Source of the DNA: Lepidodermella squamata | Lineage: Eukaryota; Animalia; Gastrotricha | Length of the DNA: 64,000 bases | Assembly: GCA_047495785.1 (NCBI GenBank) | Contig: JBLDXI010000029.1 | Coordinates: forward strand, 930,001 to 994,000 | Reading direction: 5' to 3' | Shown: piece by piece, positions 58,462 through 64,000 of the stretch | Position numbering within the stretch: the stretch's first letter is position 1 | Layout: every line of letters starts with the position of its first letter | The notes under the pieces: generated by a model | The model's database searches: none | The model's input: the letters and a program-made list of their open reading frames with translations, nothing else | Told to the model about the DNA's origin: nothing | Position numbers and translations under genes: made by a program

Positions 58462-60719
58462 TCACATAAGTTTCAAAGAATTTGCACCGTTGTTAGAAGC
58501 GCCGCGGTAGGCTGCACCTGAAGACGCCGAGCCGTGAATAGGCGACCCGTCGTCCTTTAACGGTAAAACAGAAAAAATGAAGCCGTTCAATTAAGACAAG
58601 CATTGAGCCTCTTAAAATGGGCCATGCGAATGAAAAATTACCTCCAGCTTCTTGAATTCAACCAACTGCGTGAATATGTAATCAAGAACGTGCCGGGCGT
58701 CGCGCGCTCCTGCAGGCAAATTCTGCGTTACGCCGAGGATGTGTCCACATTCGCGGACAAAATACTCGAGATCGTCATCACTCGTGCCTGGACAATAAAA
58801 AGGGAGTCAAACACGAATTGGCACAAGGCCAAGTTATGAGGCCTACATTTATTCGTGAGTTGAGCCAAGCGAACTTTGGCTGACGAAAATTGATCGTCCA
58901 GATCGAAGAGGTCTAATTTCGGCGGCGGCAGGTCACGGAAATGAGGCATAAAGGTCTGTAATCACATTATTGAAAATTCATTTGAGAGCAATTTGAGAGC
59001 AACGTCATTCACGACTTAAATGCCCTCAAGTCTCTACACTCTGAGTGCTTCAAGGAATGCAGCTTCAACCCTTTCACGGGGTTTTCGAAGACCCTGATCA
59101 CGACTTTGAAACCCGCTTGTCTCTATGTATCACGGTTAAGACTGTGCGGAAAGTGGTCGAAATCGCCCTTCGAAGATCCTATTGGAATTTCATATTCTAA
59201 ATTACTCTCAAGAAGGTCCCTAACATCCCCCTTCACTGATAACACTGACAACAGTCAGCCTAAAACAATTTCAAAAGTCAGTATTCAGATCATAATTCAG
59301 CTTTCCGCCCGACAGTTTTGAAGCTCAAGAATCACACACTTCGCCTGTATGAGTACGGTGTAAGTAGCGGTCTGATTGTTTAACATTCTTGTAGCAAGGA
59401 TCGCAAAGTAGTAATGCTCAAAAAGGCGATCAAAAATTCATCAAACTGAAATTACAGTGCACCGTCAAAGTCGAAATTCCGAAATCTTCCTTGTGGCCGT
59501 GAAAGAGTTGAGCTACTTATGAAGCTGAATCTCTAAGAAATATTGAATCCTGGTTTCTACCATCAAGTAACTTACAGCAGGTTCCAGCGGCAGTAAGGGT
59601 GTCTCAAATTGAGGTGAGATCAACGTCAACTGCTCATGTTTGACCTTCAACTCCTCGTAGGCCTTAAGAACCGTTGGCACAACGCTAGTGTTGATCGAAA
59701 AGATGGTATGATCAAAAAGTCGCGTAACATCCGGCGGGATGTCGTCACTTTCGTGCAAGCAAGCTTTTGGCTGTTCCGCTAGCATCGCCACATCTGGCAC
59801 GTCGACGTAGTCTGAAACTTCAGGATCCCCAGCATCGATAGGGTCGAGTCGAACTCGGTCTGTTGCTAGAAAATCGAGCAGCACGTCTAGGATTTTGAAG
59901 TTCTCCTCCTTATCGATGTATTTGTCATGGAACATGTGGCAAGACCCTAGAACGACTAGTTTACCGCCTTGCTTGTTCTCGTACATTGCACAGACTGGCC
60001 GGTTTAGCGGCAGCGAGACACTGCCGGTTGAAAGGACAGGTATAGACGGTTTTACCACATTCAAAGTAGCGCCGAATGGGTACAGAAAAGAAAGGGCCTG
60101 AGAATTGTTGGCTGACTCATCCAGAGCTAACATTTTCCCAGCAGCTTGAGCGATTCCTCTATTCAAGACACCATTAGCGACCAAAACTTCCTTAGGATGA
60201 GGATACTTGTAGTAAGAAGTTCGAATGACAGTATCTACAAAAGGCAATTACTTCAAATTATGAATTTAGCCTGTTTCTCTTACCTTGGTTAACTTCAACA
60301 CCAAACTGCTCGAGAACAAAGTTGATGTTTGTACCTAAACGAGTTTCTCCCCCTTCGCTTAGCATAACCATAAGTCCTCGGCCGTCTTCAACGTGCTTTT
60401 TCAACGCCTCACATTCAGGCGCTGTGTATTTCTCCTGAGGTCCGCCGGTTATAAAGATTTTGTATTCCTTCAACTTTTCGAAGGTTATTTCGCCTTGATA
60501 AGCGTTCACTTTCCAAGTATTTCGAACTCTTTTCGCGAATTCTTTGAAATTGTTATTGATATTCAGAATATTCTTTCGAGAAGCATCAACTGCCATGACA
60601 AGATTTCCTTGCATATTCAGCCCAGCCAAATCGTTGTTCGGTATAGTCTGAAATTTGAAATAAAAAATTATGAAATCACGTCATTTTTGGTCAGCAATTA
60701 CCTCTTGGATAGGCGGCAT
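58462..60719 (-). CDS. IFT52: Intraflagellar transport protein 52, about 6 exons (approx. 60719-60702, 60647-60284, 60235-59575, 58956-58846, 58787-58642, 58554-58462)
   Basis: MLSEGGETRLGTNINFVLEQFG, RTSYYKYPHPKE, FLYPFGATLNV, PQFETPL, FRDLPPPKLDLFDLD, RLAQLTNKC. Confidence 0.95.
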
Positions 60720-61513
60720 TCTGTATTGATTTGATTAAAATTCTAAAAAATATAATAGAAATCGTTTAAAATTTGCTAGCACACGCGTTACACTTTATTT
60801 GCTTGTTTTACAAGTGCGATATTATTCGATTTTTTCTTCCTCAATTCAACATAAACAATCATTTGCAAAGATCAATCAAATTAGATTTTTTCTCAAAATA
60901 CACAATTATTCACCGAATTTTTGTAATATAGTTGATTCTGAAATATATCACATATTTTTTCTCCTTAACCTAAGGCCACTTGAAAGTCTAGCATAATCTC
61001 AATCGCAATAAAAAATCTCGAAGTCTTCGTCACGCATGGTAGAACACATATCATTTTACTACGTCAATCATGTCACGCACTAATTCAAGGCATTATTCAA
61101 GGGGTAATTTGACAAGCACGCTAGGTTTCTACACAAATAATGCCGGATGCTTAGCTGGCATGAAAATATTTTCTTTTCAATTTCTCAAGCAAATAATTTC
61201 AAAACAACAAAAAACGACGGTTCGAAAGATGAAGAAAATACATAATTATAATTGTTTTCCGCATATATTGCGCCACTGATTTTCTCCAGGTTCCGTGAGA
61301 TAGCTAACAAATTGATTTTTTTTTAAGAAACTATAAAGTTACTTTGATAAAAATTGCTCGGAAAGAAAATTTTTGTGTTTGTAAAAACTGAAGAGTTAAT
61401 GTCCGGAAGTAATTCTTTTGTTTGTTTTTAGAATTCAGCTGTCACTATCAAATTTAGCAGCCAAATATCCAACAACTTCCAACGAAAATTAGAGACAACA
61501 CAAAACAGGTGTT

Positions 61514-64000
61514 TTAAACTTGAGTCAACGGTATAGCGTGGTTTCCTATACCGCCGGTGATATTTAGCCTCATAGGATGGTCGCGGGTTGTGATTTGGTG
61601 ATGGTGATGACTGTTATTGGCGGCGGGCTGGACGCCGTTAAACGAAGGTGTTCTATTCAGCCCAGCACCAGAAGATCGAGGCGATCGAACAGAAGAACGC
61701 CGGCCGTTGCGACTTCCAGCGCTGGGTTGCGGCTGGTTGTGTCTATTCGAGGCTATAACGGCATTTATTCCATTCGAGTTGACATCCTTAGACTGACGAG
61801 CTTCCTCTGCGAATTTGTAGACGATAAGCAAGCAATCTCGGCAGAGCTGAACAACCCGCCGGCAGCAATTGAGCTCAGTTTGCGAAATTGGATACGTCGA
61901 GTACGAAAATATCGCCTCCCAGTTCGAGCGGTTGAATACCGAAAACGTATTCCATAATCCTTGACCGTTATTGCAAAGCAAGCGGTTAAATAAGCGCTGG
62001 AACGTCCGGCCGATGGGCAACTGCTCAGCTTGTTCGCAGTTCCAAATTTGCTGAATTACAGCCCAAACGTTTGATTTAACGATGTCGAGAAGCCGCTTAC
62101 GACGAGCGTGGTCGAGCCTAACCAGCCAATAGGTCGCAATCGGAGCTCGAAATTCTGACCAGTTTTCTGCAACTTCGAGCAAAACCGCATCAGTTTCAGC
62201 CTCTGTTTTCCCAGGAAATCTGATGTGAAGCGCTCTGAGGCACTCAAGACATGCATTGGCCAGATTCTCGTCCACTTCCGTCGAGCTTTGGTTGTTGGTC
62301 AATACTGGAGCTGACGTTGAAGTTATCAATGGTGCAGCGGTGTGGACGCGTGCTGACCTCGGAAGTCGTAAAGGGGGCGGAGCTTCGTTAGCTGCTCTTA
62401 CGAGAGACTGGTCTCGAGTAGATTGAGTCCCATTCCGGCCTGTATGACCGGCAGTTTTGTTTGCCAGCGGAGCATTGCGTGACTTCTTTGACTTACGGCC
62501 GGGTCCTTCGCTGCCGTCATCGTCATGCTCCATAATGACATCTTCCTCCAGATCCGAAAATTTTTGAGCGAGTATGTTGTACAGTTGGGCCTGTTCTGGG
62601 TTATTAGCATCGTCACTACTGCCGTTGAGCTTTGAGAGACGCTCAAACACTTCCTCTTCTTTCGGAGCGCGAAGGTAAGTATGCTCTATTTCGCGCATTA
62701 ACATAGCCGATCGAGTTGGTAGCAGGGCAGCGCATGCACCAAGCAGCAGCTTTCCAAAACGCTCTTTGGAGAAGATGTCTGCGGGGGGAAAGACGCGACG
62801 AAAAAAACCACAGTGGCGATTTTCGTAATCTTCACGGGCGGCTTCGAGGCGAATCCTGTATAGCGACGTCTCTAGCTCTTCGACTTCACTGTGCCGTGAA
62901 AACAGAGCGGATAAATCGTTCTCTGAGCGGCGACTCGGACGCAAGAGCCGACGTTGCGATTGTGTTTTATCGATTGTGGCTGAGGCGAGACGATCAGATA
63001 ATCGAATGTTGAGTAAGCTCATGGTATCTTTTAGAAGTTGCAGTTTCAACTTCTTATCGAGATCAGTATCAGTAGCGAAGCTAGGGGACCGGTTGACTTC
63101 AAGGAGCCATGGCTTGAGCTTTTCATCGAGTAATATATCGAAACCAAGTAATTCGAAACACACACTTTCCGCCAATGGAGTATGACCAGGTCTGCAGCTG
63201 CGATAGGCAAGTAGGAGATGAGGCTCCGCAGCAATAATTGTTTTGACGACCAGATCAGTAATGCGGCGCCACAAATGGGCAACATCGATATCGTGCTTTC
63301 GCAAGTATGAGGTAAGGAAACGAAGAGACCGCTTGCTACCGTTCATGCCGGCCGAGTCTCCGCGATCAAATGAGGCATTGTTTTTGTTGACTGCATAGTT
63401 TGTGAGATGCATGAATAACTTGTTGCAATTGTCGTCCGTTGGAGGACGGTAGACTTCGGTGGCAAAACGCACAAGGCCATCCGAGTACAAGAATATTCGA
63501 AGCGGATCACAACTGGTGATCAGAGCATAAATCCTCAAGTCGCATTTAAAACCGTCGATAAGGAATGGTTTATCGATGTACTCTTGAACAACATAACCAT
63601 CGAATTGCCTATCTTGACTTGTACTGCTGGATAGAATTTTATCGAGGTTTTTCGTGAGCCATATTCCGTGACCTTGAGCTCCATTAGCAGGTTTCACAAT
63701 AAAGAACTTCATTTTCTTGGCGTTCTTCAGCTCCCGATAATAGGAAATAAGAGATGACATATCAGTCGGTAGGTTCCACGTTTTGGGTACAAAGTCAAAC
63801 TCTTCTGGATGAGCCTTGGCCAGTTTCGCCATATTTCTCGCAAGAGTGTCTTTGCGGCTGATCTCACTCATTCCAGGAAAATGATTGATTTTCTGATATG
63901 GTTTGAGCTCGGCAACTCTTTCGGCACTGATAAAGGCATCGTTCCATATCAAAAACGTGTTAGTGTTCTGTTCGGTATTGGGGTAAAATCCACTGTGCTG
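61514..64000 (-). CDS. TTLL7: Tubulin polyglutamylase TTLL7 (5' end outside the window)
   Basis: QKINHFPGMSEISRK, FIVKPANGAQGHGI, VQEYIDKPFL, MHLTNYAVNK, AYRSCRPG...ESVCFELLGFDILLD, WLLEVNRSPSF. The frame stays open to the window edge. Confidence 0.92.
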   Translation of the reverse strand, partial: QHSGFYPNTEQNTNTFLIWNDAFISAERVAELKPYQKINHFPGMSEISRKDTLARNMAKLAKAHPEEFDFVPKTWNLPTDMSSLISYYRELKNAKKMKFFIVKPANGAQGHGIWLTKNLDKILSSSTSQDRQFDGYVVQEYIDKPFLIDGFKCDLRIYALITSCDPLRIFLYSDGLVRFATEVYRPPTDDNCNKLFMHLTNYAVNKNNASFDRGDSAGMNGSKRSLRFLTSYLRKHDIDVAHLWRRITDLVVKTIIAAEPHLLLAYRSCRPGHTPLAESVCFELLGFDILLDEKLKPWLLEVNRSPSFATDTDLDKKLKLQLLKDTMSLLNIRLSDRLASATIDKTQSQRRLLRPSRRSENDLSALFSRHSEVEELETSLYRIRLEAAREDYENRHCGFFRRVFPPADIFSKERFGKLLLGACAALLPTRSAMLMREIEHTYLRAPKEEEVFERLSKLNGSSDDANNPEQAQLYNILAQKFSDLEEDVIMEHDDDGSEGPGRKSKKSRNAPLANKTAGHTGRNGTQSTRDQSLVRAANEAPPPLRLPRSARVHTAAPLITSTSAPVLTNNQSSTEVDENLANACLECLRALHIRFPGKTEAETDAVLLEVAENWSEFRAPIATYWLVRLDHARRKRLLDIVKSNVWAVIQQIWNCEQAEQLPIGRTFQRLFNRLLCNNGQGLWNTFSVFNRSNWEAIFSYSTYPISQTELNCCRRVVQLCRDCLLIVYKFAEEARQSKDVNSNGINAVIASNRHNQPQPSAGSRNGRRSSVRSPRSSGAGLNRTPSFNGVQPAANNSHHHHQITTRDHPMRLNITGGIGNHAIPLTQV

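Overview
Gene-dense eukaryotic window, most likely from an invertebrate animal with a compact genome. Many GT-AG introns are 45-75 nt and all splice sites I traced are canonical; the species cannot be determined from this sequence. Housekeeping genes: SAP30, WIPI3/WDR45B, HADHA, NAT10, NF-YA, LAPTM4, MRPS16, TMEM234, IFT172, RPL27, SPT20, OST4, IFT52 and a partial TTLL7. A Pol III cluster at 9.7-11.0 kb holds a tRNA-Glu pseudogene, tRNA-Lys(TTT), a previously unannotated 7SK RNA and tRNA-Ser(TGA). The 11-17.5 kb block is transposon-rich, with a MULE remnant and MITEs. An accessory block at 39.5-50 kb contains a TIR-NB-ARC-ankyrin (NLR-like) gene, a signal-peptide ankyrin protein, and a secreted NIDO-Sushi-VWD protein with an internal furin/GDPH-bounded hydrophobic cassette. 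The most striking observation is a 5.35-kb two-ORF APE/RT LINE inserted in box A of a U3 snoRNA gene: the U3 5' end lies at 51346-51376 and the rest at 56724-56937. It is a candidate U3-targeting retrotransposon, although one locus cannot prove specificity. Also notable are a secreted, very cationic Ser-alternating protein and a 38-nt MRPS16-TMEM234 spacer suggesting polycistronic transcription or trans-splicing. All calls are from manual reading and recalled family motifs; no database searches were run.
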